NCBI GenBank assembly: GCA_977020255.1
Contig: CDROCS010002834.1
Coordinates: forward strand, 434,001-498,000
Length of the DNA stretch: 64,000 nucleotides
Reading direction: 5' to 3'
From: Obrimoposthia wandeli
Lineage: Eukaryota
Of this stretch, positions 40,174-50,377 are shown one piece after another. The notes under the pieces were generated by a model. The model saw only the letters and a program-made list of their open reading frames with translations. It had not been told where the DNA came from and searched no databases. How positions within the stretch are numbered: position 1 is the first letter of the stretch; the number at the start of each line of letters is the position of its first letter. A program made the position numbers and the translations under genes.

Positions 40174-42272
40174 TCTCACTTAAATCCATACGCCATCAAA
40201 TCATCATCGGCGCAGCAAGCTGCCTTTTAATCTCGCTCGTCGCGGTATTGCTTGTCGGCCTAAAATACTCCAACCAGCTTGAAGGGATGGTGTACAACAA
40301 AACGCATGCCTTTGCCGAGCAAGAACAAACCCAACGGCTGGAAGATACCAGTAAATACCGTTCAGAGCAGATCCAAAACCAGTTATCTGTAGCGATGAAT
40401 TCTGTTGAAGCTCTGGCCAGTGTGATATCTGGAATGGCAAATAACGATGACGGCCAAACCAAACTCAGCCGTGAAGACCTTTCACTGGTGGTACGCGATC
40501 TGCTGGCGGGCAACCAGAAGTTTCTAGGGGCCTATATCGCTTTCGAACCCAATGCTTGGGATGGAAAAGATGCGCTTTACGAAGCTATCGACGGCAAAGG
40601 CCAGTTCAACGTGTATTGGACCCGCGGTAGCGACAACCAACTGAAGCCCTCATCGGTCGATTCCGATCGATTTTATATCCAAGATAAAACCAAAATAGGG
40701 ACCCGTGTCAGTGAATGGTACCTCTGTCCGATTGAGACTGGCCGCAGCTGCCTGATCGACCCGTGGGCATACAATGTTCAGGGCAAACAGGTGTTAATGG
40801 CCAACCTTGTCACCCCGATTAAAGCCAATGGCCGCACCATCGGCATGATAGGTATCGATTTATCGGTAAACTTTATCAATGAGTTGGCACTAAGGCTAAA
40901 ACAAAATCAATTTGGTCAAAACTCCCACGTCAGCATTATCACCTACCGCGGTGTTGTTGCAGGTGATACCGATCCGAGCTCTCCACTTGGTGACGTATTG
41001 TCAGACTGGAACCAGCGCAAATCTCAATTTCAAGCCGGCAAGCAGTTGTGGAACTCTACTGATGAATTCTCCAGCCTGGTGACCCCCATTAAGGTAGGCA
41101 ACACCAACACCCCATGGATGTTATGGATTGCGATTCCTAAAGCCGATCTGCTAGAAGACATCAATGCCTTACAAAAAGAGTTAAAGACGTCGTTCGGTGA
41201 TTTCCTTAACGCCCAATTAATAGCGGGCCTGTTAATTTCTGTCTTAGCACTCGCCATGCTCTACATATTGGCTAAACGTATTTCCACCCCAATTCAGCAA
41301 GTGGTGAACATTGTTCAACAGCTCGGCCGAGCCGGTGGCGATCTGACCTCCCGCTTGGATGTAACGAGAAAAGATGAAACTGGCGCTCTGATGAACGGCC
41401 TTAACATTCTGATGGCCTCGTTGCAGAGTATGATCCGCGATATCGCTGGTTCAGTCGACCATTTAAAACTGTCGGCAAATCGTTCTGCCAGTATTGCTGA
41501 AGCATCGCATCAAGATGTACAACAGCAACGTCAAGAACTGGAACAAGTTGCCACCGCCATTAATGAAATGGCCTCTGCGGCAAGCGAAGTGGCCAGCAAT
41601 GTGGCTAACACAGCCAACTCGGTGGAAGAGGTAAATCAGTCCATTACGCGTTGCGGTGATGTGGTCAATGACAGCGCCAGTATAATCAACAAGTTAGGCG
41701 AAGAAATGGAGCGTTCCTCTTCGACAATTATTGAACTAGAAACTCAGAGCCACCAGATCAGCAGTATTCTTGAGGTGATCCGTAGCATTTCAGATCAAAC
41801 CAACTTACTGGCCTTAAATGCTGCGATTGAAGCGGCACGGGCGGGTGAGCATGGTCGTGGATTTGCGGTTGTCGCTGACGAAGTCCGTCAGTTAGCATCC
41901 AAAACCCAAAACTCCACTGAAGAAATTCAGCAGATGATCAACCAGTTCCAAAATCAAATTAAGCTGACAGTAGAGACTATTGCAACTGGCAGAACCTTTA
42001 CACATAACAGTATAGAAAGCAGCAAAACGGCAGTCTTGGAGTTAGAGTCGGTAGTCGCTGCCACAGCAACCATTCAAGAAATGATGTGCCAAATAGCCAC
42101 AGCTTCAGAAGAGCAACATCAGGTGACTGAAGATATTAATCGCAATATCAATGCGATTACCGATATCACCATCAAAGCCGCCCAAGGGGCAGAGACATCA
42201 AACCAAGAAGCTCAAGGGATGTTGAAGCAAACCAGTGAGGTTGAAGATAAGCTAAATAAATTTAAATATTAG
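40170..42272 (+). CDS. Methyl-accepting chemotaxis protein with a periplasmic dCache domain
   Basis: TM1, ~310-aa periplasmic domain (FNVYWTR, EWYLCP, CLIDP, GIDLSV), TM2, [39 protein letters not shown] overlap with the esterase stop. Confidence 0.95.
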   Translation: MISLKSIRHQIIIGAASCLLISLVAVLLVGLKYSNQLEGMVYNKTHAFAEQEQTQRLEDTSKYRSEQIQNQLSVAMNSVEALASVISGMANNDDGQTKLSREDLSLVVRDLLAGNQKFLGAYIAFEPNAWDGKDALYEAIDGKGQFNVYWTRGSDNQLKPSSVDSDRFYIQDKTKIGTRVSEWYLCPIETGRSCLIDPWAYNVQGKQVLMANLVTPIKANGRTIGMIGIDLSVNFINELALRLKQNQFGQNSHVSIITYRGVVAGDTDPSSPLGDVLSDWNQRKSQFQAGKQLWNSTDEFSSLVTPIKVGNTNTPWMLWIAIPKADLLEDINALQKELKTSFGDFLNAQLIAGLLISVLALAMLYILAKRISTPIQQVVNIVQQLGRAGGDLTSRLDVTRKDETGALMNGLNILMASLQSMIRDIAGSVDHLKLSANRSASIAEASHQDVQQQRQELEQVATAINEMASAASEVASNVANTANSVEEVNQSITRCGDVVNDSASIINKLGEEMERSSSTIIELETQSHQISSILEVIRSISDQTNLLALNAAIEAARAGEHGRGFAVVADEVRQLASKTQNSTEEIQQMINQFQNQIKLTVETIATGRTFTHNSIESSKTAVLELESVVAATATIQEMMCQIATASEEQHQVTEDINRNINAITDITIKAAQGAETSNQEAQGMLKQTSEVEDKLNKFKY

Positions 42273-42292
42273 GATTGATTCAATCTGTTTCT

Positions 42293-42317
42293 GCGGCGAC
42301 TCAGTCGCCGCTATTTT
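42293..42317 (+). terminator. Terminator after the esterase-MCP operon
   Basis: GCGGCGAC-TCA-GTCGCCGC-TATTTT. Confidence 0.7.
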
Positions 42318-42409
42318 CAGTCGCTATGATTGACGACATCGGCAAACCGTTACACTATCTATCCAGATAAAAAACCATTATTCAGCTTGGTATTACTCAG
42401 GATCAGACA

Positions 42410-42880
42410 ATGAAAACCAATTTAATTACCCGTGAAGGTTATGATAAACTCAAAAAAGAGCTCGATTTCCTTTGGCGAGAAGAACGTCCTGAGATAACCA
42501 AAAAAGTGACGTGGGCTGCAAGCCTAGGTGATCGCAGTGAAAATGCTGACTATCAATACAATAAAAAACGCCTGCGTGAAATCGACCGCCGAGTACGTTA
42601 TTTACGCAAGCGTCTTGAGATTGTCAAAGTGGTCGATTACTCCCCCCAGCAAGATGGCAAAGTCTTTTTTGGCGCATTTGTTGTCATTGAAAATGAAGAA
42701 GCCGAACAAAAAGCATTCCGCATCGTGGGTCCAGATGAAATCTATGGCAGAAATGACTACATTTCGATTGATTCCCCAATGGCACGTGCGTTATTAAAGA
42801 AAGAAGTCGATGAAGAATTTGAAGTGGTGACACCTCAGGGCAAAAAGCTGTGGTTTATAAATACGATTCGCTACGCGTAA
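42410..42880 (+). CDS. greB: Transcription elongation factor GreB
   Basis: ITREGY..L..EL..LWREERPEIT..V.WAASLGDRSENADYQYNKKRLREIDRRVRYL, ISIDSPMARALL. Confidence 0.97.
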   Translation: MKTNLITREGYDKLKKELDFLWREERPEITKKVTWAASLGDRSENADYQYNKKRLREIDRRVRYLRKRLEIVKVVDYSPQQDGKVFFGAFVVIENEEAEQKAFRIVGPDEIYGRNDYISIDSPMARALLKKEVDEEFEVVTPQGKKLWFINTIRYA

Positions 42881-42967
42881 ATAGAGCCAGCAACTCAACG
42901 CAATCAATACAATCAATGGGCAGACTGATCGTTAGCATTAGGAGGTTTTTCTTGATGTCATATCACG

Positions 42968-43870
42968 TCACATTCCTTCACCCTTTAGCTCTTGCTGACA
43001 CATTAGCTCTTGCTGGCATAAGATAAAAAAAGCATGTGCTTGTGGTGAAATATGGCGATCTAACAATCGAAAAATACCAATTTCCCGCTCAACGACAGGG
43101 TCTATCAATGGGATCCACACCAACTCTTTTTCATTGGTCGGAAAAGCCAATTTAGGCAAGGTGGTTATACCTATACCCAATTCTAATACTGAAAATAGCG
43201 AGGTAATATTTTCAACCGAATACAAAGCACTTTCTGCCAATACCCGCGCAGGTGTCGGTGCCAATAATGTGCAGGTACCATTTTTTATAAAGGGATAGGC
43301 TTCAAGCTGCTGCCACTTCAGTCCATTTTTAAATGTGGCTAACGGATGATCGGATAAACACACTACGCCTAATGGATCTGAAATTAAGGGCGTGAAATCA
43401 ATACGACTATCATTAATATGCAAGCAATTCCCCAGCGCAAGATCAACCTCACCAGCGAGCAGCCGTAACTCAACACCAGCCGCATTATCATCAATTAATG
43501 ACACTTCAACTTGCGGGTGACACGCCGTAAAAGCCGCCAACACTTTCGGGATTAGCTTGGCTGCAACGGAAGGCACACTACCAATACGCACTTGCCCTAA
43601 CTGCCCTGCTGCGGCGGCACTCAGATCACACGTTAAACTCTGATAATGATTTAAGAACTGCCGAATTTTAGGTAAACATATTGCGCCAAACGGAGTGAGT
43701 TTTACTTTATGCCCCGTTTCAAACAATGTTTGCCCCAGAATTTTCTCGAGTTCTTTCACTGCCGTCGATAAAGCAGCTTGAGAGCGGTTGGCCTTGCTGG
43801 AGGCTGCACGAAACCCGCCTTCATCCACCACCAGTACAAAATATTTTAACTGCTGCAGCTTAATATCCAT
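42968..43870 (-). CDS. LysR family transcriptional regulator (CynR/AlsR-like), divergent from the catabolic operon
   Basis: N-terminal HTH FRAASSKANRSQAALSTAVKELE, LTPFG, LLAGEVDLAL. Confidence 0.93.
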   Translation of the reverse strand: MDIKLQQLKYFVLVVDEGGFRAASSKANRSQAALSTAVKELEKILGQTLFETGHKVKLTPFGAICLPKIRQFLNHYQSLTCDLSAAAAGQLGQVRIGSVPSVAAKLIPKVLAAFTACHPQVEVSLIDDNAAGVELRLLAGEVDLALGNCLHINDSRIDFTPLISDPLGVVCLSDHPLATFKNGLKWQQLEAYPFIKNGTCTLLAPTPARVLAESALYSVENITSLFSVLELGIGITTLPKLAFPTNEKELVWIPLIDPVVEREIGIFRLLDRHISPQAHAFFILCQQELMCQQELKGEGM

Positions 43871-43929
43871 GTCTTAACGCATCCTTTTTTCACCCGTTTG
43901 TGAGCAACCGAGCATCAACCCTTTCCCTA

Positions 43930-43950
43930 TTGATAAATAAAACTTATCAA
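43930..43950. promoter_or_regulatory. LysR recognition site (T-N11-A)
   Basis: Perfect inverted repeat TTGATAA-N7-TTATCAA containing T-N11-A in the divergent LysR/RidA intergenic region. Confidence 0.72.
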
Positions 43951-44038
43951 TTGTCAAAAATAAAGCGTTAGATTTATCACTATTCTTTGCGCATAATTTA
44001 ACCACACCGAAACATACTCGCAACATAACGGATTAACT

Positions 44039-44431
44039 ATGTCAGCCCAAGCCGCTAAAAAACCAGTAAAAACAGAGCTTTTCGCATCTAAAGCACCCTT
44101 AGAGTGGGCTGTCGTGAATAACGGTACATTGTATACAGCACAAATCCCAATTGATCAGCAAGGTATGGTTGTTGAAGGGGGTATTGAAGCACAAACACGC
44201 CAAACCATGAATAACTTGATTCATACCCTTGAATGCGCAGGCGTTTCTACCGATGCGGTATTACAAGTGCTGATCTATGTTACCGACCGCAGCTATCTTG
44301 CAACCGTCAATCAAGTTTACGCAGAATACTTCAACGCCCCTTTCCCTAACCGTGCAGCCGTTGTTGTAGCAGGTTTAGCGCGTGAAGAAATGCTGGTTGA
44401 GCTTGTGGTTTACGCTGCCGTCGAATCATAA
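44039..44431 (+). CDS. RidA/YjgF/YER057c family imine deaminase
   Basis: LYTAQIP, IEAQTRQTMNNL, VNQVYAEYF...PNRA (conserved Arg), MLVEL. Confidence 0.9.
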   Translation: MSAQAAKKPVKTELFASKAPLEWAVVNNGTLYTAQIPIDQQGMVVEGGIEAQTRQTMNNLIHTLECAGVSTDAVLQVLIYVTDRSYLATVNQVYAEYFNAPFPNRAAVVVAGLAREEMLVELVVYAAVES

Positions 44432-44473
44432 AAATAACCCTAATTAGATTACGTCACATAACAAGGATTTCTC

Positions 44474-45922
44474 ATGACATTTGAAGCAGAAAAAGCCCTC
44501 TACATTGCTGGTGAATGGCAATCAGGTATCTCTACTGTAGCTAACATCAACCCTTCAGATATCTCTCAGCAATTAGGCAATTTTGCACAAGCAAGCCAAC
44601 AGCAAGTGCAACAGGCAATTGATGCGGCTAAAACAGCGCAACCTGAATGGGAAAAAACCCCGTTAGAACACAAGCAAAAAGTACTGCAAGCAATCGGTGA
44701 TGAGCTTATTACCCGTTGTGATGAACTAGGCACATTGCTCTCAAGCGAAGAAGGCAAACCGTTTGCCGAAGGCCGGGGTGAAATCTACCGTGCAGGTCAA
44801 TTCTTCCAATACTACGCGGCTGAAGTATTGCGCCAAATGGGTGACCTAGCCCAATCGACTCGCCCAGGGGTATCGGTAGAAGTGAGCCGCGAAGCCGTCG
44901 GCGTTGTCGCGATTATCTCTCCTTGGAATTTCCCCACCGCAACAGCGGCATGGAAAATTGCCCCTGCATTGGCCTTTGGTAACAGTGTTATCTGGAAACC
45001 TGCCAACCTTACCCCAGCAAGTGCCGTGGCATTAACTGAAATCATTCATCGCCAAGGTTTACCTGCCGGTACATTCAACTTGGTACTCGGTAGCGGTTCT
45101 GAAGTGGGTAATACCCTGATTAATTCAGACCAAATCAATGCCGTTAGCTTCACAGGTTCAGTCGATACAGGTCGAAAAATCGCAACCGCAACAGCCCCTA
45201 ATTTTGTTCGTTGTCAATTAGAGATGGGCAGTAAAAATGCCTTAGTCATCGCTGATGATGCCGATATTCACATTGCCGTTGAAGCCACCATTATGGGGTC
45301 ATTCTCGGGTGCAGGTCAGAAATGTACCGCTTCTTCGCGCTTAGTCGTACTCGATAGCATTCACGATGCGTACGTTGATGCCTTAATCAAACGCATGAGC
45401 ACATTAAAGATTGGTCACGCGCTGCAAGATGGCGTGTTCATGGGGCCGGTTGTGGATGATAAACAACTCGCATCAAACATGTCGTGGATAGATAAAGCCC
45501 GTGGGCATGGCGCTGAGCTAGCCTTTGGTGGCGAGCAACTTAACCTAGAACACGAAGGTTACTACATGTCGCCGACCTTGTTCTTGAACACGAAAAACAG
45601 TTGGGATGTAAACCAAGAAGAAGTCTTCGCTCCGATGGCGAGTGTCATTCGCGTCAACGATCTTGAGGAAGCAATCGCCACCGTCAACGATACGCGCTTT
45701 GGTTTAACGAGCGGCATCATCACGCAAAGCCTACGCTCCAGCGCATTGTTCAAGCAACAAGCACAAACAGGCTGTGTCATGGTTAACCTACCAACAGCAG
45801 GTACCGATTATCACGTGCCATTTGGTGGCCGTAAACAATCAAGCTTTGGTCCCCGTGAACAAGGTCAGTACGCGAAAGAGTTCTACACCATTGTAAAAAC
45901 CGCTTACCAGCGCCCTTACTAA
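44474..45922 (+). CDS. NAD(P)+ aldehyde dehydrogenase (2-oxoglutarate semialdehyde dehydrogenase-like)
   Basis: ISPWNFP, WKPA, FTGS, LEMGSKN (catalytic Glu), GQKCTAS (catalytic Cys), EEVFAP, PFGGRK.SSFG.REQG. Confidence 0.9.
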   Translation: MTFEAEKALYIAGEWQSGISTVANINPSDISQQLGNFAQASQQQVQQAIDAAKTAQPEWEKTPLEHKQKVLQAIGDELITRCDELGTLLSSEEGKPFAEGRGEIYRAGQFFQYYAAEVLRQMGDLAQSTRPGVSVEVSREAVGVVAIISPWNFPTATAAWKIAPALAFGNSVIWKPANLTPASAVALTEIIHRQGLPAGTFNLVLGSGSEVGNTLINSDQINAVSFTGSVDTGRKIATATAPNFVRCQLEMGSKNALVIADDADIHIAVEATIMGSFSGAGQKCTASSRLVVLDSIHDAYVDALIKRMSTLKIGHALQDGVFMGPVVDDKQLASNMSWIDKARGHGAELAFGGEQLNLEHEGYYMSPTLFLNTKNSWDVNQEEVFAPMASVIRVNDLEEAIATVNDTRFGLTSGIITQSLRSSALFKQQAQTGCVMVNLPTAGTDYHVPFGGRKQSSFGPREQGQYAKEFYTIVKTAYQRPY

Positions 45923-45931
45923 GGAACGTCT

Positions 45932-46921
45932 ATGTATCAGGATCGTATCATTATTGATGGTTTGCAGTATTGCAATTGGGATCGCACGTATTTTGAAACA
46001 CTGAAAGCGAGCGGCATTACCGCTGTTCATGCCACGGTGGTTTATCACGAAACAGCCCGCGAAACCTTAACGCGCTTTGCACAATGGAACCTTCGCTTTG
46101 AGCACAACAGTGATCTCATTATGCCGATTATGAGCATGGACGATGTCACCACAGCCAAAGCAACTGGGCGAGTCGGTATTTTCCTTGGTGCACAAAATTG
46201 CTCACCCATTGATGATGAGATCGGTCTGATCAGTGTGATGCGCCAACAAGGGTTGCTGATCATGCAACTGACTTATAACAACCAGAGTCTATTAGCGACT
46301 GGGTGTTATGAGCAAGAAGATGCTGGTGTGACGCGTTTTGGTAAACAAGCCATTGCCGAGATGAATCGGGTGGGAATGATTGTGGATATGTCTCACAGTG
46401 CTGAGCGTTCAACGCTAGAAGCTATCGACATTTCTTCTCGCCCGATTTGTATCAGCCATGCAAACCCGAATTTCGCGCACCCCGCGTTACGGAATAAATC
46501 GAATGAAGTCATTCAATCATTAGCCAATCGCGGCGGTTTGATTGGATTCAGTTTGTATCCGTTCCACTTGCCCAATAGCAGCCAATGTACCTTAGAAACA
46601 TTTTGCCAAATGGTCGCCGATAGCGCCGAATTAATTGGCGTAGATCACCTCGCTATCGGCAGTGATTTATGCCTGAACCAACCACAAGAAGTGCTGGAGT
46701 GGATGCGAAATGGGCGTTGGTCGAAAGCGATGGATTATGGTGAGGGTTCATCAAGTAATTCAGGCTGGCCAGATGCACTACCGTGGTTTTGTGACAGCAA
46801 GGGAATGGAAAACATTTACCACGGCTTGATAAGGCAAGGTTTCAGCGAAACTGAAAGCAGCCAAGTAATGGGAGGAAACTGGTTCAACTTCTTACAGGAA
46901 GGCTTAACACCTGTCAGCTAA
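45932..46921 (+). CDS. Membrane-dipeptidase (M19)-like amidohydrolase with an altered metal site
   Basis: QLTYN.Q, GVTRFGK.AIAEMNRVGMIVDMSH, SHAN, RNKS, IGSD, MGGNW. The N-terminal HxD is replaced by LQY. Confidence 0.85.
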   Translation: MYQDRIIIDGLQYCNWDRTYFETLKASGITAVHATVVYHETARETLTRFAQWNLRFEHNSDLIMPIMSMDDVTTAKATGRVGIFLGAQNCSPIDDEIGLISVMRQQGLLIMQLTYNNQSLLATGCYEQEDAGVTRFGKQAIAEMNRVGMIVDMSHSAERSTLEAIDISSRPICISHANPNFAHPALRNKSNEVIQSLANRGGLIGFSLYPFHLPNSSQCTLETFCQMVADSAELIGVDHLAIGSDLCLNQPQEVLEWMRNGRWSKAMDYGEGSSSNSGWPDALPWFCDSKGMENIYHGLIRQGFSETESSQVMGGNWFNFLQEGLTPVS

Positions 46922-47018
46922 ACTCAATCATGGTCTGCGCATAATAATGACCTTAAGCAGACCTATACCCAATATTTCGTCCAAGCAATACCAATAACGA
47001 CGCCTGGAGATACGCACG

Positions 47019-48581
47019 ATGTCCGACTTTACCAATGCAGTAAAAGCAGAACATATTCCAACACCACAATCGACGGCTGAAAAGCTTGGGCTTGATAATC
47101 CTGCCTTATGGATGAGCGGTGGCTTTATTGCCCTTTTTGTCATATTTGCATTGTACGACAATGCCTTACTCTCAGACGTGGTCAATACAGGCTTTTCTTG
47201 GTCGGTGAAAATCTTTGGTCCTTATTGGCAGGTATTGTTATTACTTACTTTTTTGATCAGCCTCGTTTTAGCCGTAGGCCATACAGGACACGTTCGCTTA
47301 GGCGCGCTTGATAAGCCTGAAATAGATGGTTTCCGTTGGATGGCGATCATTCTATGTACCCTACTAGCAGGAGGCGGGGTATTTTGGGCTGCCGCCGAGC
47401 CTATCGCTCACTATATGAGTCCGCCCCCATTGTTCGGGGCCCAAGAAAGCCCTCAACAAAATGCAATTAATGCCTTATCACAATCATTTATGCACTGGGG
47501 CTTCCTCGCATGGGCCATTCTTGGCAGCTTAACCTCAATTGTATTAATGCATCTGCACTACGATAAAGGATTACCACTGCAGCCGCGTACTTTGCTCTAC
47601 CCCATTCTAGGTAAACGCGCATTAACAGGTTTAACCGGTGCAACGATTGATGCTTGTTGCATTATTGCTGTCGCCGCGGGAACAATCGGCCCAATCGGAT
47701 TTCTAGGGTTACAAATCAGCTTTGCATTAAATGCGCTATTTGATATTCCTGACGGCTTTACCACCCAATTTATCGTGATCCTTTGTGCGATTGCGATTTA
47801 TACCTTATCAGCCTTAAGCGGTCTAAATCGCGGGATTCAAATTCTGAGTCGCTATAACATCATTTTAGCGGTTGGTTTAATGGCCTACATCATGATTTTT
47901 GGCCCCACAAGTTTCATTGTAAATAGCTACATTCAAGGTGTCGGCAGCATGATCGACAACTTCATTCCAATGGCAACCTACCGCGGTGATGAAGGTTGGC
48001 TAAGCTGGTGGACAGTATTCTTCTGGGGCTGGTTCATCGGTTATGGCCCTATGATGGCGATCTTTATTGCCCGTATTTCGCGTGGTCGTACTATCCGTGA
48101 ATTAGTGATGGCGGTGAGTGTCATCGCGCCGATTATTACTTGCTTCTGGTTTACTGTTGTCGGCGGTTCGGGCGTTGCCTTTGAAATGGCCGATCCGGGT
48201 TCTGTCAGTAAAGCTTTCGAAGGTTTCAACCTACCTGCCGCACTACTTGCTATTACTCAACAGCTGCCGTTTCCATTAATTGTCTCGATTCTGTTTCTTA
48301 TCCTAACAACGATCTTCATTGTCACAACAGGAGACTCAATGACCTACACCATCAGTGTGGTGATCAGTGGCGACACCGAACCGAATGCTGCTATTCGCAT
48401 ATTTTGGGGAGTAATGATGGGAGTAACAGCAATAATCCTAATCTCCTTAGGCTCAGGTGGCGTCTCGGCATTGCAGTCCTTTATCGTCATCACTGCTGTC
48501 CCCGTTTCTCTTATCTTGTTGCCATCGCTGTGGAATGCCCCAAAAATGGCCAGAATAATGGCAAAGGAACAAGGTTTATAA
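47019..48581 (+). CDS. BCCT (betaine/carnitine/choline) family transporter
   Basis: 12 TMs, AAAEP, FMHWGFLAW, GIQILS..N, WWTVFFWGWFIGYGP, ARISRGRTIRE. Confidence 0.93.
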   Translation: MSDFTNAVKAEHIPTPQSTAEKLGLDNPALWMSGGFIALFVIFALYDNALLSDVVNTGFSWSVKIFGPYWQVLLLLTFLISLVLAVGHTGHVRLGALDKPEIDGFRWMAIILCTLLAGGGVFWAAAEPIAHYMSPPPLFGAQESPQQNAINALSQSFMHWGFLAWAILGSLTSIVLMHLHYDKGLPLQPRTLLYPILGKRALTGLTGATIDACCIIAVAAGTIGPIGFLGLQISFALNALFDIPDGFTTQFIVILCAIAIYTLSALSGLNRGIQILSRYNIILAVGLMAYIMIFGPTSFIVNSYIQGVGSMIDNFIPMATYRGDEGWLSWWTVFFWGWFIGYGPMMAIFIARISRGRTIRELVMAVSVIAPIITCFWFTVVGGSGVAFEMADPGSVSKAFEGFNLPAALLAITQQLPFPLIVSILFLILTTIFIVTTGDSMTYTISVVISGDTEPNAAIRIFWGVMMGVTAIILISLGSGGVSALQSFIVITAVPVSLILLPSLWNAPKMARIMAKEQGL

Positions 48582-48664
48582 CGCACAACTTATCTACTTA
48601 GGTCGGGCAGTGAACCTTGCTGTCTTTATCAATAATGAGTGACTGAAACTCAAAGAATAGAATC

Positions 48665-50377
48665 ATGGTGAGCAATATGGATGCACATCCTTGTACTGGA
48701 ACCCAATCACAATTACGCCACCCCGATACGGTAATGGCGCCAGAGCGATTGGGCGCAATGCATCAAAGTCGTATCAGTTTTGTACGTAGCTTGATCCGTC
48801 GTATGGCTAATCAGAAATGGTCCGTATCTCAAGTTCAATGGGATATTTCCGAACAAGGGTTTGGGATTGCGGTATACCGCTTAGATACCCCCAACCATCA
48901 TTACCATTTGGTGATCTTTTCTGATGCTATTGCCGATGAAGAACGTAACGATCGCGTGATCGCTGAAAAGTGGGATGTAACGTTTGCACTGGTACAAGGT
49001 GATATTGATAAAGCATTTTTAAGCCAATTACAAAACAATGTGCCACTCCAAGAAGCTGGCCGTAACTCAAGCCAAGTATTGGTGTTGGCTCGCGCCAATA
49101 AAAGTGTGCGGGTCTTTGATCACTTAGTCACTTCACTAGCAAAAGGACAACAACCTGATTCGCAAGTCTTAGCCGATGTCGGTTATATTCTTCGCACGAC
49201 AGCGGTTTATGGTAACGGTAAATTTGGCATTGCAGATTTTGAGATTTTAGATGAGAACCCAGACTTCAACCTCTCTTTCAGCGCTCAAATGTGCGCAGTC
49301 TATATGTTGCGCCAATTCAGTCTTGATTGGGTGCACTTCTTGGCCAAACAGCAAGGGGGCGCTAAAGCAATCCATCTTGCTCGTCCATTACAGCGTTATT
49401 TAGGCGTTGGTAATGCAACAGGACTCGGCATGGCACCCTACCTCATTCGTCATCCGCGTATTGTCGATCAATGGTTATCGGAACGTGAAAAAGCCCTTGC
49501 AGCAGTATCAGCCTGCACCATCACACCTGCTGCCAATCAGGCTATTTGCCCGTTATTGCACCGTGCCATTGCGCACCTAACGCAAGTTGTCACCATTAAC
49601 GAACACCAACAAAAATTGAACGCTGAAGCGATCAGTGACCTTCACAACATAATGGCTAACATCACTGCTGCTCAACAAAAACAGTGGCCATGGAAACAGC
49701 TCATTAAAGACAACCAGCAATACTGTAACGAAGCCCAAGAAATAACTATTTCGTGCATCATGGAGCTGTATCCAGAATTAGTTGATAGTCACGAAAACAA
49801 CATGAATGCTGATGAAACACAGGCATTAACACCCGGCATCACGGTTCAACACCTAACGGATGTATTGAAAGAACGCTACCGCTGGGCGCTAGATATCGAC
49901 TTTGCTTCTGCCGAAAACAGCTATTGGTTTTGGTACCGCTCTGAAGACAAAGAAGAACCAAGAATGGGAATTCGTGGTCAAGAACCCGGTGAAGATCGCG
50001 AGTTAGCCCTCGATATTGCACGCCAGATTTATCGTTTACATGCTGCATTGGCAGCCGTTGAACCGTCACAAACCTTGGCTGAGTTTCTATTACATCAGCC
50101 ACAATATCGCTCTATTGCGCGTCGCGCATGGACACTGGGGCATTGCCATATGGGTGATATTCAAATGAATATCTTAGACCAACATGCCTTGCCGATGCAC
50201 CTATTACGTTGCAAGTTAGCCATGTTCGGTGCCACAAAGTTTGACCCACGTTCAGACCGCTGGGTGCGAGTCACCTTCTTCCAAGGCGCTCCTTTAACGG
50301 ACGAAATTCACGACCAAGAGTGGTTATTCCCATTATTACCGACTAACACTGAATCAACATCGGAGGCGCAAACATGA
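48665..50377 (+). CDS. Conserved hypothetical 570-aa soluble protein, probable enzyme of the operon
   Basis: Long intact ORF with enzyme-like motifs (RANKSVR, LRTTAVYGNGKFG, GVGNATGLGMAPYL, FDPRSDRW). ATGA-coupled to the next gene. No family recognised. Confidence 0.85.
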   Translation: MVSNMDAHPCTGTQSQLRHPDTVMAPERLGAMHQSRISFVRSLIRRMANQKWSVSQVQWDISEQGFGIAVYRLDTPNHHYHLVIFSDAIADEERNDRVIAEKWDVTFALVQGDIDKAFLSQLQNNVPLQEAGRNSSQVLVLARANKSVRVFDHLVTSLAKGQQPDSQVLADVGYILRTTAVYGNGKFGIADFEILDENPDFNLSFSAQMCAVYMLRQFSLDWVHFLAKQQGGAKAIHLARPLQRYLGVGNATGLGMAPYLIRHPRIVDQWLSEREKALAAVSACTITPAANQAICPLLHRAIAHLTQVVTINEHQQKLNAEAISDLHNIMANITAAQQKQWPWKQLIKDNQQYCNEAQEITISCIMELYPELVDSHENNMNADETQALTPGITVQHLTDVLKERYRWALDIDFASAENSYWFWYRSEDKEEPRMGIRGQEPGEDRELALDIARQIYRLHAALAAVEPSQTLAEFLLHQPQYRSIARRAWTLGHCHMGDIQMNILDQHALPMHLLRCKLAMFGATKFDPRSDRWVRVTFFQGAPLTDEIHDQEWLFPLLPTNTESTSEAQT

